A stretch of DNA of 64,000 nt, from NCBI RefSeq assembly GCF_009914755.1, contig NC_060947.1; one strand, 5' to 3'. Source of the stretch: the human T2T-CHM13v2.0 reference genome, Homo sapiens. A model generated the notes under the pieces. That model was not told the DNA's origin, made no database searches, and saw only the letters and a program-made list of their open reading frames with translations. The position numbers were made by a program, and so were the translations under genes. This document shows, piece after piece, positions 26,034 to 40,269 of this stretch (its first letter is position 1; the number at the start of each line of letters is the position of its first letter).

Positions 26034-26578
26034 TCACTTATGGGGGTCTGCCAAAAGCTCCAAACAGCATCCCTATCTGCCACTGACACCTCAAGCCCCA
26101 TTGGGTCTGCTGGGTCATATGGCCCAAGTGGCAGAGCAGCTTGCATAGCAGCCTGGACCTGTTGCAGAGCCTTCTCCTGTTCTGCACCCCACTCAAAACT
26201 GGCAGCCTTTCAGGTCACTCAATAAATGGGCCAGAGTAACATACCCAAGTGAGGAATGTGTTGCCTCCAAAATCCAAATAGGCCCACTAGGTGTTGTGCC
26301 TCTTTCTTGGTTGTAGGAGGGGCCAAATGCAGCAACCTATCCTTCACCTTAGAAGGAATATCTCGACAGGCCCCACACCACTGGACCCCTAGAAATTTTA
26401 CCAATGTGAAAGGTCCCTGAATTTTGTCAGATTTATTTCCCATCCCCTGGAACACAAGTGCCTCACCAATAAGTCCAGTGTGTTTGCTACTTCTCGCTTA
26501 CTGGATCCAATCAGCATAATGTCATCAATGTAATGGAGCAGTGTGATATCTTGTGGAAGGGAAAAGTGATCAAGATCT
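26027..26578 (-). pseudogene. HERV-L pol fragment (RT core to connection/RNase H-like tether), disrupted
   Basis: Minus-strand translation DLDHFSLPQDITLLHYIDDIMLIGS...KIQGPFTLVKFLGVQW...FGFWRQHIPHLG...QAALPLGPYDPADPM...; YIDD at 26521-26532; one frameshift and two TGA stops. Confidence 0.92.
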
Positions 26579-26732
26579 TATGAGACTTATTCAATATCAC
26601 AAGAACAGAATGGAAAAACCTTGCCCCCCATGATTCAATTACCTCCCACTGGATCCCTGCCATGACACGTGGGGATTATGGGAGCTACAATTCAAGATGA
26701 AATTTAGGTGGGGACACAGCCAAACCATATCA
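26573..26732 (-). mobile_element. THE1C 5' LTR, first 160 bp only
   Basis: agatcttatgagacttattc...ggggacacagccaaaccatatca; TSD gatgt at 26733-26737. Confidence 0.92.
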
Positions 26733-27559
26733 GATGTTAAGATAAATCTTCCAGTTTTTTGGTCAAGCTGATCTAACATTTTATTATTGTAAAATGTATC
26801 CAGATAAGCCATGCACTGCTCACAAACTCTTGCCATTTCTATAAATCTCAAAAATATGAATCACCCCTGAGGAGTAAGGGAGGCAGAGCCCCAGTTAGAG
26901 TGACAGGGTGAGACATTGTGAGTTATCTTGAGCATTCCTAGAAGCAATTGAGAACTAGAAGAGAGCTGGGAAGAGTCACCAGCCTTGGCTTATGGACGAA
27001 GCCTGAAGTTCCAGCTCCTCTAGTTTTCCACTCCTGAGAATGAGGGAAGAAAGCCCATGGAAAGACATGGATCCCAGACTGTTCAGTTTAGCTGCATGCA
27101 CAAGCCCGTTGAGGGAAGGGAGCCCAGACTGCAAATAGAGCCAGATGTGCCTTCTCTGAGGATCAGAGAGGCTCTTATGTTGGGGAGGAGGTGAGGGAGT
27201 GGTGGAAAAGCAGAATCTCTGCAGAGAGTTGCTTGGTTTTCCAATTTACAAAGTGTGGAGGAGACTTTAGAAAATGTTGGCTCCAGAGTTAGAATTTAAA
27301 TGTATTGAACTGGCAGAAGCTATAACTCTCACAAGGCCAATTTATAGCATCTACTCAGAGCAATAATGTTAATATCTGTTAAATATTAATAATGACTGAT
27401 TTTGCCAAGGTCTTCTGCCCAAGTTTCATTGCCTGATGACACTATCCATTTTTCAAAGCCCACAGAGATAGTTAAGATACAAAGTGTTTAATGCTTCAAG
27501 AGAGCTACATGTAGAGGGCAGGAAGAAAAGAGACTACGATGCATTAGAGAAGATTGAAA

Positions 27560-27890
27560 TAATAGTTCACCATGGAGGGACCATAGGGGTAGTGGGAATA
27601 GGTGAGTCTTGATAAGGGAGCACAGGCCAGATTTGAAGGGCTGTAATTGCCCTGGAGGAGGCTGCTTGGTCTAAAGGGGATGGAGAGTCCCTGAAGGGAT
27701 GAGGGTGGAAGTGTGGACAAGAGTGACCTGATCAGATTTGGTCCTTAGAATCATCATTATGGCAGCAAGTGGATTGACCAGTCAGAAGGTGGGAAACCAG
27801 GTGAGACATTATGGCGGGTGGGGTAGAGGGTTGAGGTTAAATGAATGGATTCAAGAGCTCTCTACAGAAGAAAGAAGAGAAAGGACTTAG
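27560..27890 (-). mobile_element. L2 fragment
   Basis: gagtgacctgatcagatttggtccttagaatcatcattatggcagc is typical antisense L2. Confidence 0.65.
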
Positions 27891-28002
27891 ACAGATGCTG
27901 TCCCTTCCCGACAGCACTTGCCTGCAGGACTTCAGGCCAATGTGCTTCCAGGAACCCCAGTTACCCTTCTACTGTCATGTCTCCTGCATTCAGCTTTAAC
28001 CA

Positions 28003-28190
28003 TGGGTAGAAGCACAGAATGGGAGTCAGAATCCCCAGTTTTTAATTCCATTTTTTCTACTCATAGGCTCTGATATCTGGGGTAAATTGCTTAACTTTTC
28101 TACTGAACCTCTGTTCCTGTGTCTATAAAATGAGAATTTATTTTTACCTTACACCATAAAATTGGTTTGAGACTCATATATGATAGTGCT
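28003..28190 (+). mobile_element. MIR
   Basis: gggagtcagaatccccag...ggggtaaattgcttaac...ctgaacctctgttcctgtgtctataaaatgag. Confidence 0.75.
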
Positions 28191-28263
28191 ATAAAACTGA
28201 TACAAAAGAATACATAATTGTGTTGTACTATTATGCCTTTATGTCTAGCTCTTATCTCTGCCA

Positions 28264-28267
<4 letters not shown>

Positions 28268-28303
<36 letters not shown>

Positions 28304-28313
28304 ACAGAGAGAG
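28268..28313. repeat. (CA)n microsatellite
   Basis: Directly visible. Confidence 0.95.
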
Positions 28314-28459
28314 ATGAAAAACACGCATGCACAGATACATTATATGGATGGGAACAGCTTCTTGACATAAGAGAAAATGATGTGAAGTGAAAGCCCAGGT
28401 CCTAAATTTGTATCTAACTATATCTATGACTATAAGCAAATCATATTCCCTTGAGCTTT

Positions 28460-28740
28460 CAATTAATAATAATAGCTAAAATTTACTCTGTAGAATTAAT
28501 TAAAACTAATATTTTCTAAAAAGAAAAAAAGCTTTAACTGCTTTGCATTTTAACTTATTTAATCCACACAACAACCCTGTAAGGTAGATACTGTTATTAT
28601 TCTTCCAATTTTATAAATGAGGACACTGAAGCAGAGAAATTAAATAGTGTGCTGAAGCCTACACAGCTAATAAGTGATGGAGCTGGGATCCTACCATAAG
28701 CAGTCTGTTTCAAGAGCTCACGCCCTTAACCACTATGCAT
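28460..28740 (-). mobile_element. MIR
   Basis: atttaatccacacaacaaccctgtaaggtagatactgttatt...aatgaggacactgaagcagaga...cccttaaccactatgc. Confidence 0.8.
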
Positions 28741-29356
28741 CACTTCTAGATACAGGAAGATTATTTGCAGATAGGTGTTTCATTCTTGTTTAAACAATGG
28801 ATTATTTGTATTCTCCATTTTCATCTTTAGCTCTCTTTGGTAATTTGCTAACATTTAGATTTATCTTATTAATTTCCTTGGAATAATCTTCCCATCAGTA
28901 TTTCAGGCTAGGCAAACTCTACAAAGACACGCTATGAGTCATCCCTCACTATTTCAAATTACTTGACACTTGGTGACTTCAGCTATTTCTCTAGGAAGCC
29001 AAGTTTCTCATTTCATATCCCAGTAATTCTCTGAATGAAAGTAATTTCTAAATCCACCCTCTCAATTTCCTTTACCACTTGTTTGTGGTCACCAGTTTTA
29101 TTTGGCCCTTTCTGCATGTTCTTAAACATAATCACACATGACCTCATCCAGCAGCCTTTCATTCTGGTAAGCCACAGCATTTCTCATTCCCTGCCCTAAT
29201 ATCTAAAGGTAAATAGAAAAAGCAAACTCTACTTTAATGAGGATTTTTTCAATGGATATTTAGTTTTTTATATTCTGTCACGTGCATAAAATGCATATAA
29301 TACATTGAATTTAGAGTTTTTCTCATGCTTTTCTAAAAATAGATCTTGAGTCTCTC

Positions 29357-29361
<5 letters not shown>

Positions 29362-29411
<50 letters not shown>
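29362..29411. repeat. (CA)n microsatellite, about 25 units
   Basis: Directly visible, perfect repeat. Confidence 0.97.
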
Positions 29412-29413
<2 letters not shown>

Positions 29414-29689
29414 CATCTTTTAAATTCTTTCACCCTCATCAGGGACCAGTAAAAGATTTTCTAAAACTCAACAAATACCTTTGACATTTCACCCAAGTAT
29501 TCACTCGTAGCTTCAGCAATGATGAAAACCATAGGATAACATATTCAGAAGTCTTCCCTTGTGCTGGGGTGGAGCTCTGTACCTATGTATAAACAGCCTA
29601 TCTTCTACTTGGGCATAGTCAAGAAAAGTAATAACTGGTTAAAATCTGCCCAACAGTCATTTCACAAACTGTTTCTATAGTATTTAGTC

Positions 29690-29910
29690 CAATAGTTCAC
29701 AACGTGGGGTAATTTGGCACCCCAGTGAACATTAACATTATCTGGTGGCATTTTTGACAGTTACTGTTGTTCATGTGTGGAGGGTGTTATTGGCATGTAG
29801 TCGGTATAGGCCCAAGTTGCTGCTAAACATCTAACAATGCACAGGACAACCCCTCACAGAACAAAGAATTATCCAGCCCAAAATGTCAACAGGTTCTCTA
29901 CTTGAGAAGC
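29690..29910. mobile_element. MER20
   Basis: ctgctaaacatctaacaatgcacaggacaacccc...aaagaattatccagcccaaaatgtcaacag; opposite orientation to the other two MER20s. Confidence 0.8.
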
Positions 29911-30854
29911 TCTTACAACCTCTGTCAACCTTTAACACAGTTTACGCTTTTGCACAGTTCAATGTCCTAAAATGTGCTCTCCTAACAATTATGTAACATT
30001 TTAGCCTGCAGACAACTTCAGTGCAACTAAAGTTCCCATCATAAGTTACTCATTCTGGAAATAAAGGCATGGATACTATCAGGTTATAAAGGCAAATCAG
30101 GCCCCAAACCTAAAGTAACCAGCAAAATCAGCAATCCACAGCCCATTTTTGACTGTTTCTAAAATTCTTTATTTTAAAAAACAAACAAGCCAACCTAAAT
30201 AAACAAGCCAATTTTCTTCTTGTAATTTCATTTCCTGTTCTCAGAATTTCAAGTTTCTAAGAGTTAGTGTCATCTGATCTCACTTTCGGCTTGATTTTGT
30301 TTTCCTGTGAAAGGATATGTCATATCAGCCCTCTTGAGTTTCTAAATGAGAGAATCTAATATTCTGACATATGACATAGCAAAAACTACGCCTCCAGATG
30401 AAATCTAAATCTGAATAATCAGAAAGAGGCTACGCTGGAAAGGGTTATGTCTTTTCAGTTCTCATACAGAAAGATACCCTTTATTCTTATCCACCTCATT
30501 TTCACAATGAGTTACACTTGGAAGAAAATGGCATCCTCTCAGTTACTGACAGCGATAGCTTTCTAAACCCAGTCTAATGGCCCTCCTTTGCTTGGCCTGG
30601 TGTCACCAAGGACTGTTGGCTCACTCCAAAATCAATCCTCTTGGCTACTCTCTTATTTTCATTATGAAGAACCCTTCAACCCCTCTCTGGGATGATATCC
30701 AGGAGCCACTTTGCCTAAACAAAGTCATTGATTTTAATGGAACAAATGAGAGGGTCAATTTGTATTGTATGGCACCCTGACAAAGATGGAAAAATGCTAG
30801 GACTCATTTCTCCCAAATTCTATCCCTAATTATAATAACAACTCTGCAAACAAA

Positions 30855-31180
30855 GAGATCTTTCAAAAAAGTAAATTAGATCATGCCACTCCCAAGCTAA
30901 ACTCTCTTCCATAGCTTTCCATTACTATTAGGATACATTTTCAAATCTGCTGTACAGTCTATAAGACTGTCTTCTAATCCCTGCCTTTCTCACCAATCTT
31001 AATGCACTCCCTCTCCATTGAATTCTGTTCTCTCCTTTCCCAGATCGCATTAAGTCCTCTTGCCTCTTCCTAGAAAGCTCATCCTCCTCACACATGACAT
31101 CTTCCTTTGCTTAGCTAACTTCTTCTCATCTTTCAGATCTTGATTTTAATTCATTTCCTCAAAAGAGTCTTTTCTGCTTT
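30855..31180 (+). mobile_element. L2 fragment
   Basis: atctttcaaaaaagtaaattagatcatgccactccc...ctaacttcttctcatctttcagatct. Confidence 0.65.
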
Positions 31181-31420
31181 GCATCACATCTGCTAAAATT
31201 TTACTGATACATGGCCAAGGCCAAAACCAAAAGGTGAGAATATATACTATGATAAGGCCAGTGCGAGAATATGGATATAGGGAAGGAGGAGGAATTGGGA
31301 CCACATTTCTCCTCCATGTGTGTACAGGTGATAGGCATCTAAAAGTGCTCATCTGGACATAGTCAACTCATGTATAGAGTTGGATGGTTATCACTTTCAG
31401 CTTCCCCCTGTAAGCATGTC

Positions 31421-31721
31421 TTTTCTTTTTAGACAGAGTCTCGCTCTGTCCCCAGGCTGAAGTGCACTGGCACGACCTTGGCTCACTGCAACCTCCACCT
31501 CACCTCCTGGGTTCAAACAATTCTCCTGCCTCAGCCTCCCAAGTAGCTGGGACAGGCGCGCACCACCACACCCAGCTAATTTTTTTTTTTTTTTTGCATT
31601 TTTAGTAGAGATGGGGTTTCACCATGTTGGCCAGGATGGTCTCGATCTCTTGACCTCATCATCCGCCCGCCTTGGCCTCCCAAAGTGCTGGGATTACAGG
31701 CATGAGCCACCACGCCTGGCT
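31421..31721 (-). mobile_element. AluSc-like
   Basis: ttggccaggatggtctcgatctcttgacc; TSD tgtaagcatgt at 31409-31419 and 31723-31733. Confidence 0.92.
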
Positions 31722-31943
31722 TTGTAAGCATGTATTTTACCCGAAGCCCATCACACCCACACAACAGCTTAGAAATATCTGGTGAGGTTCGTTCCTCCAA
31801 AAACCTCAACAGCTTAGTCTTTCTCTGAAATTCCAATGAAAGTCAATCTAATAGAGTAATTAAATACAGGAGGCTGGAGACAGGTCCAAAAGCCCTTCTG
31901 AACAAGAAAGTAGCTGTGTGCCTGAAAAAGTTAAAAACAGTCC

Positions 31944-32411
31944 TATTGAAGTCAACTCTGATATTCTCAACTGACCATAAGTAAAGCTTACAAAAAATGA
32001 ACTATGTTTCCATAAGGCCACCTTATGACCATGTCTTGGAGAAGGCTAATTCCATAACCACAAAAATGATTTAAAACCCCTCTCTTCTCATCACCATAAG
32101 TGACTGCCACTTCTTTACCAATGACCATTCAAGCCTTGCTTTAATCTTCCTGCCTTCTAGATTAACATTACTAAGATATTCAGTCACCAAATTGTCTTGT
32201 TCTATCTTCTTGTTAACAGAGAATCTAGAAGAGGTCTTGATTCCTTAAATTCTTCTTGGAAGATTTAGCACAAGTCTAAACCCTCTAAGGAGGGCCTTCC
32301 AGATCTGGAGTTCTTCTTGGGGGTGGTATCCCTTAAGGCACCAAGCTCAATAAACCTAATTTGTTTGAGTGAAGATGAGTTCTTGGGGGTGTTTGGTCAG
32401 CGGGCTTCAAC
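31944..32411 (+). mobile_element. Old ERV1-class solo LTR (MER90/MER110-like)
   Basis: End ctcaataaacctaatttgtttgag...gtgtttggtcagcgggcttcaac resembles the recalled MER90-group 3' end. Confidence 0.5.
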
Positions 32412-33414
32412 TTGTTCCCTTTAGTACTCATTCCTATTCAAAGAGTTAAGTGCTCTGACATAGACCTGGTTTAAGACACACTGAATTACAAGCACAGCTC
32501 AATAGCAGAAAGGAGCCTTAAATGATATCACCAAGTGAATGTAGGATTTAGCCAGACTAGGCAATGTGCCAGCTACTAGACAGGTGCAGGAAGCAGTCAC
32601 TGATAAAGCACCATGTTTCTCTTCTATAAATTCTGAATTGAATAGTCAGTAATGTATTCAGAGTGCCTGAATTTATTCTCCCATTAGTGCCTAGACTTCC
32701 AACAAGATAAAGTTAGGTTCTGTAGGATAAAATGTTTTCCCCCTGTATTAGCTCCTTATCAGACTCAAACCTGCACAGAGTAAGCAAAATCAGTTCTCAC
32801 AGGAACTTAGAGACCCATTCTTCAGAGATAGTGTGGCCTGAATTCCTGGTTCATTTACCTTCACATTTTTTCTTCAGTGAGTATTTTATACTCTTTTTAT
32901 ACAACATTGCTTTCATTTGCATTCATTGAAGAGTGGAAATGAATAGTGAATTCTCTCTTCCACCACTTTTTTCCAGATGCCATCAAAACCACACACTATC
33001 ATATTACTAGAAGACACATGCACACAGTTGCAGAAACATCATTAATCATAGTATTATCAGTAATTTCATATATTTTCTTGAAATAAATTATTATTTGAAA
33101 ACAATAGATGTATATTCAGTATCAACCTGAATACAAAATTAAAAATGTTAAATCCTATTGAAATATTTCCCCAGGTATTCAACCATAATAGCTGTAGAAG
33201 CAGTAACCTACTTTTTCAGCATATTCTGAGTACTCCAGTTCTATAAATGAAGATAACTTTTTTATTCAAATGAGGAAGAAAACGGGTAAGTACTTTGTGA
33301 ATATTGATTACACTTTTATGAATGTTACCATAGAGGCCTGAGCTCCTGTCTGCTCACTTGGTTTTTCTTTCTTCTTTACTTAATTAAAAAGAAAAGTATA
33401 CAAATGTTGTAAAC

Positions 33415-33790
33415 ATTAGGGCTGCTTGTAAATTCTCCTCCTTCTGGGCATTGAGTCTGTTTGTATTTCTCCACCCTCTTGAACTCAAGGTGGCCATGAC
33501 ACTCGCAAAAGCAAAAATGGACATGTATTAATTCCTTCCAAAAGAAAGATTTAAATTGCCACTGAGACCTCCTATCATTTCATTCCTCTCACCACAATGA
33601 CTAGTGAGACTCCTGATAGTATAGGCTTTGTCAGCCTGGGTCCTAGAATGATGAGACATAGAACAGAACCTCCCCCATGCCCTAGCCAACTTGTGATGAA
33701 TATGTGTAATGTGAGAAGGAAATAAGCCTTCATTAAGTCAGAGATATTTTTCAGGGAAGTTGGTTATCACAACATAACCTAAGCCATAAC
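33415..33790 (+). mobile_element. MLT1H/I-like LTR
   Basis: gtcagcctgggtcctagaatga...gtgagaaggaaataagcctt...gttatcacaacataacctaag. Confidence 0.7.
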
Positions 33791-33842
33791 AAAAGTGGGC
33801 ATGTTTATTATTAAAAATGTTTTACAAACAAAAGCATATAGA

Positions 33843-34050
33843 ACTGCATTGGCCAACAGAGTAGCCACTAGTTTTCTGTGGCTATTTAAAATAAAAAACA
33901 AGTAAAATTAAAGATTCATCCTCTTAGTCGCACTAGTCACATTTCAGGTGCTCAACATCCACATGTCACTAGTGGCTACTGAACTGAACAGCACGAATAT
34001 AGAACACTTCCTTCCTGGTCCATCACAGAAAGTTCTATTGGACAGCCCTG
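33843..34050. mobile_element. MER3 (hAT-Charlie)
   Basis: gtagccactag...gtggctatt...cacatttcaggtgctcaac...catcacagaaagttctattggacagccctg. Confidence 0.8.
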
Positions 34051-34205
34051 AAGAGTTAAACAGCAAAGTACCCAAATCACTACCCATACCCCTTCACGAA
34101 CCCCTCCCTAAAGGTCATCACTCCTTACAAATTGTTATGTACCATTCCAGTCCTTCATTTATGCTATATTACTTTTTCTGTGGTTTTGTGTTACAAATAT
34201 AATTA

Positions 34206-34425
34206 TAGTCATACATCACTTAGCAACAGGGATACATTCTGAGAAATGTGTCATTAGGTGATTTTGTCCTTGTGTGAACATCACAGAGTGTACTTACACA
34301 AATGTAGACGGTACAGCCTACTATACACCTAGGGTATATGATAGAGCCTATTTCTTTTAGACTAACCTGCACGGTATGTTCCTTTACTGAATCCTATAGT
34401 CAATTGTAACATAATATAAGCATTA
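34206..34425. mobile_element. Tigger3 (MER7-type) fragment
   Basis: agtcatacatcacttagcaacagggatacattctgagaaatgtgtcattaggtgattttgtc. Confidence 0.8.
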
Positions 34426-34639
34426 ATCTAATTCTTTGCCCATGTTTCACTTTTTCTCTGCGTTGACATGATACATAATATGTATTGTGTTGTGGTTTCT
34501 CTTTTCTATTTAAATAACAATAAAGTCTGGATATTATTTTATGTAATTTATGTTCTCCTAAATTCTCTTTAGTGCTTTCATAATTTTGATTTTGCATATA
34601 GCTCTTAAATCCAATTGAAATGTATTGTTTAGTAGATAA

Positions 34640-35011
<372 letters not shown>

Positions 35012-35556
35012 TAACATACTGATTTCTCCATGTAGATGGCAAATTTTGTTAATTTCGTTTTCTGACTAGTTCACCTTTTCCAGGTAAATTTAGTTATCTA
35101 CCAGTTACAAATAAACACGCCTCAGTTCCTGAATTCCCTTTTCTGTTCTATTAATCCATCTCTGTTTGTTTTAAGTACTATCAATTTTGTTTGAAGTCCT
35201 GCAGCTTTACATAGTATAAAATATTTTGTTTCTAATATGGCAAGTTATCTTCAATATTCCTTTTAAAAACTCTCGACTCTTTTTTTATACTTTTTTACTC
35301 TATATGAATTATGGGGTTCGATTGCCAACTTCCTTTTAAAAGTTCATGTGGGAATTTTGATTTGGAAATTGCTGAACTTATAAATGAATTTGGCAAAGCT
35401 TACATCTCTACAACATTGAGTTTTATCATCCAGAAACATGACATAACTTCATTTTCAGATATTATTTAATATCCTTCAGGAAAGATTTCTCTTTAAATTT
35501 TTTTCATCTAAGTCTTATAAATCGTATTAGGGTTAGTCCTGGTTTTATTTTTTTAA

Positions 35557-35911
<355 letters not shown>

Positions 35912-36501
35912 TTCAGTGTATTCTTTATTGTTACTTGTATTATGAGTATAATCTTTTAAAAATTTCATTTTCAAGTTGTTGATAGTACAAGAAGACTGTT
36001 AATGTTTGTGTTTTTATAGCTTCTTAATTATATGAACATTCTTCATAATTTCAATCATTTCCAGAGAAATCTATTGGATTTTCAAAGCAGCTAATCAGTA
36101 TTATCTTCAGGCAAAGTTATTTTTCTCCTTTCTTTCTGTATTTACGCCTCTCGTGTCTTTTCCCTATCTTCCTGCTTTGGCAATTTTGACATTTTGTATC
36201 CTCCCCGGATTTGATAAAAATGCTTCTTACATTTCTCTAAAAAGTACGGAGGAATCAGTTTTACATTTAATTATCAAGTGATTTCTTTTTAGCATGCATG
36301 AGATGATTATTGAGTTTGACTTCTTTAATGTGTTGCTATCATAAGTAACACTTATCAATGTCCGAATTCTAAACACCCTTGCATTACTTGGATAAGCCCT
36401 ACTTAATCATTTTGCAATGCTGATGTAATACACTTCTGGATTTCAAATGCCAAATTTACTTAGGACTTCTACATACAAGCTTATATGTTAGGTTGGCCAA
36501 T

Positions 36502-36549
36502 TGTGTGTGTGTGTGTGTGTGTGTCTGCGTCTGTGTGTGTGTGTGTGTG
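36502..36549. repeat. (TG)n microsatellite, interrupted
   Basis: Directly visible. Confidence 0.9.
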
Positions 36550-36717
36550 ATAGTTTTCTGATTTTTCTATCAGTATAATACTAGCCTCAAAAAGTGAGTC
36601 TGGTAGCTTTTCATGCTTTTATATGCTCTGCAATAGTTTACAAAGCATGGAAGCTAACTAGCTAACTGAACCTAAAGGTTTTGGAAAAAATGCTCAAAAA
36701 GTGGCACCTGAGTGTAG

Positions 36718-37112
<395 letters not shown>

Positions 37113-38984
37113 TATTGTATTTCATTTTGACACATCTTCTTGAGTCAATTTTGGGAATTCATATATTCTAAAAACTCTTTAATTTCATCTAAATTTTAAA
37201 ATGTGTTAATACAAAGTTGTATATCGAATCTTCTCATGATGGAAATTTCCTTTGTATCTCATATTATATCTTGTTTTTAAATCTTTAAGATTATTTATGT
37301 CCTCTTAATTTTTCTTAACATCAGACTTGTGAAAGGATAGACTATTGGGGGGTATTTTAAAATACTGAGGATTATGTTCTATTGATCAACTCTATATTTT
37401 ATAGAACAATATCATTAATATCTACTTTATCTTTATAATTTATTATTTCTACTTCATTTAGGTTTTTTCCATTGTTCTTTTATTGAGTTTTGGATTTCAA
37501 TGCTAATTTCATCCTCTCTGCTTCTCTAAGAAATGTATTTATAACTGTATATTTTTCTTCAAGCCTTTCTATGGCCACACCCTGCATGCTTTGTGTTTTT
37601 TGTAGGGCCTTCGTTGACCTTGAGTAACCTTATAATTTGCTTTGTTTTCTTCGTCATCACAAGAATAATTTTGGTTACTTTGGTTTTTATTTTGTCATTA
37701 ATTTCTAATTTTGTTGCATTGTGATCAGAAAATATGGCCTGTGATTTCTGTTTTGGAGAATTCGTTGTCATGCATGTTTGGAAAGAATATTATCTGCGGT
37801 TTGTTGGTTATGAAAATATATAAAGTTAAGCTTCATAAATGTGTAATTAGAAGCTCTACATACCAATGCTTTTGTATTTTTGATATCAGTTTCTGAGAAA
37901 TTGTATTAAATTTTCTAAATATGTTTTGGGATTTGTCTATTACTCTGTATTTCCATGAGTTTTGCCTTTGTACATTTCAAAGATCTGTTGTTCACAGCTG
38001 TCAAATCATCTTAAAGAAATGTATCTATTGTCAATGTGAACTATTTTTCTCTTTCACAACTATTGACCTTCACTTTTATTTTAATAATATTAATATTCCT
38101 GCCCTTTCTTTCTTTTGTCCTTTTTCTTTCATTTTAGCATTTTATTATACATCTTTTCAATCCTTTCCTTTTTCATTTTTCCATTTTTTTATTTTACAGT
38201 TATTTCTTGTAAACAGCAAACAGCTGGAGTTTTAATTTGTTTAGCCAATCTGAGTTTTTTCTTTTTTTAAAGTTGTACTTAAAGCACCCACATTTAATAT
38301 GATTATTAATATTCTTAAATTTATTCATACCATCTTAGTTCATTCTTTCTATTTACAAGGACTTCTTTTGGTTTTCTCTTTTTACTTCCTTGCCTACAGT
38401 TCTGTTGATTGACTATTTTTTGTTCCATTTAACTTTCCTATAGTAATCTAGAACTAATCATCATTTTCTATTGTACTAGTTGATACTATTATATTTTTAA
38501 CAAAATTATATTTTAAATGATAATATTTTACTGTATTCAAAGTTAATCAGTATCTAAATCCTCTTCCTGAACAAGACAGAGCTCACACTTCTCTCCTTTT
38601 CTCTTTTTTGGCTTCCATGTAACACTTAGGATTTTAGAACCAAAACTGTACTATTATTATTATTTCTCTTTTGCATCTATAATCATGTACAACAATTAAT
38701 AACTTAATAACTTTTTCTGGAGTTTGTTTAATACTACTATTCTTAATCCACCTTTCTGTCTCCCTCTCTCTCTCTCTCTCCTTACATTTTTATTCTCTTG
38801 GCACCCTTCTTTAGATAATCATTTCAAAGAGACTCCAGGAGTCTCTGCATATCCAAGAATACCTTTATTTTTCTTTGCACTTCAATGATAGTTTGCTAGG
38901 TTTGCTAGTTTATGGAAACCAAAATTCAAAGTCATTTCCCTCCTGTTTTTGAAAATATGTGGCAAGAGAGCAAGTAAGAAAAAA

Positions 38985-39200
38985 AATTAATGTTTATCCA
39001 GTGCAGGCCATGCTGCCAGCAGCTTTCCATACGCTCATTCCTTTACCATCATAACCCTGAAGTGTAGGTATTAGTTTGCCCATTTTACATAAATGGAAGC
39101 AAGCTCAGAAAGTGTTTTTCTGCCAGAATTATACAACAAGTGAATGGCATAGATACTTTCAAGCCAATACTGTTGTACCTCAAAGCTCATGCTCAAATTC
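38985..39200 (-). mobile_element. MIR
   Basis: ataaccctgaagtgtaggtattag...cccattttacataaatggaagcaagctcagaaag. Confidence 0.7.
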
Positions 39201-39208
39201 TAGAGCAA

Positions 39209-39537
39209 GAGCACTGTCTTCCAAAAGAAATAGAATGTGAGCCACATATGTAATTTCACATTTTCTAGTAGTCACATTTCAAAAAGCAAAAGTAAACAGG
39301 TAAAATTAATTTTCATAACATATTTTATTTTGCCATATATATCAAAAATATTATCATGTTGATATGTAATCAGTATTGAAAAGTTATCAAAAAGATATTT
39401 GGCTTTTTCTTCCTACTAGGTCTTTGAAATCAGCATGTCTTTTTATTCTTACAGCACATCTCAATTTGGACTGGCCACATTTCAAGTGCCCCATAGCCAT
39501 GTGGGGCTAGTAGCCACTGTACTGGGCGGCCCAGCTG
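39209..39537. mobile_element. MER33 (hAT-Charlie)
   Basis: aatgtgagccacatatgtaatttcacattttctagtagtcacatt...cttacagcacatctcaatttggactggccacatttcaagtgc. Confidence 0.85.
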
Positions 39538-40269
39538 TATGCCATGCTACTTTTGAAAGCAAACACTTTCCAACAATGTTAGGAAACGTCTGTGTGGCTG
39601 ATTTTTTCAATCCCTGTTTGACATGAGGAAGTCTGGCTCTTCCTGGAAATAATTTTATGGCTATTTTGTACTAATTGCAGATACACAATTAATTCCCCCT
39701 TGGTCCTAATCCTCATTATTTAGCGCAGCCTCTCCTCCTGGTCTATGCAGCCAAAAGTCAGAAGCACCTTCTTGAAGCCAACTGTTAATCTATTCAAAAG
39801 GCAGATTAAACATTTCCCCCATTTGATGCCAGCTGCATATATATTTCTATACACGCCTGAGTTCCCTTTTCAGGCAAATACCTGGCCTCAGTTTAGACAG
39901 GGCTTTTTATCGCTCCTGGGACAGCACTGCGGCTGGGGCCAGCATCTGATAGCTTTTCTTTATTCAACCCCCAGGAGTATTAAGAGAAGGAAATACACAC
40001 AAACAGCAATTTATTTTAGCTCTCTGAAGCATCCACCATTTCAGGTTCTCTTTTGCCAGCATTTCCACCAAATTAATCTCCCAGGCCCCTCACAGAAGCT
40101 CTCTAGCTCCCTAGAGCCTTACAACTCCAGAAGTATCAACAACTTAGAGACTGGAGTTTTAAATAATAAAGGATGCCCTCCCTCAAATGGCGCATCTAAC
40201 AGGTTGACAGGCGGGGACAGTGAAGACTGAAGGAAGCTCCAACTTGCAGCTTGACTTACAAGACAAACA

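Noticed and set aside
39745-40230. 161-aa plus-strand ORF
   Set aside because: No recognisable domain, promoter or exon structure; compatible with chance in 64 kb.
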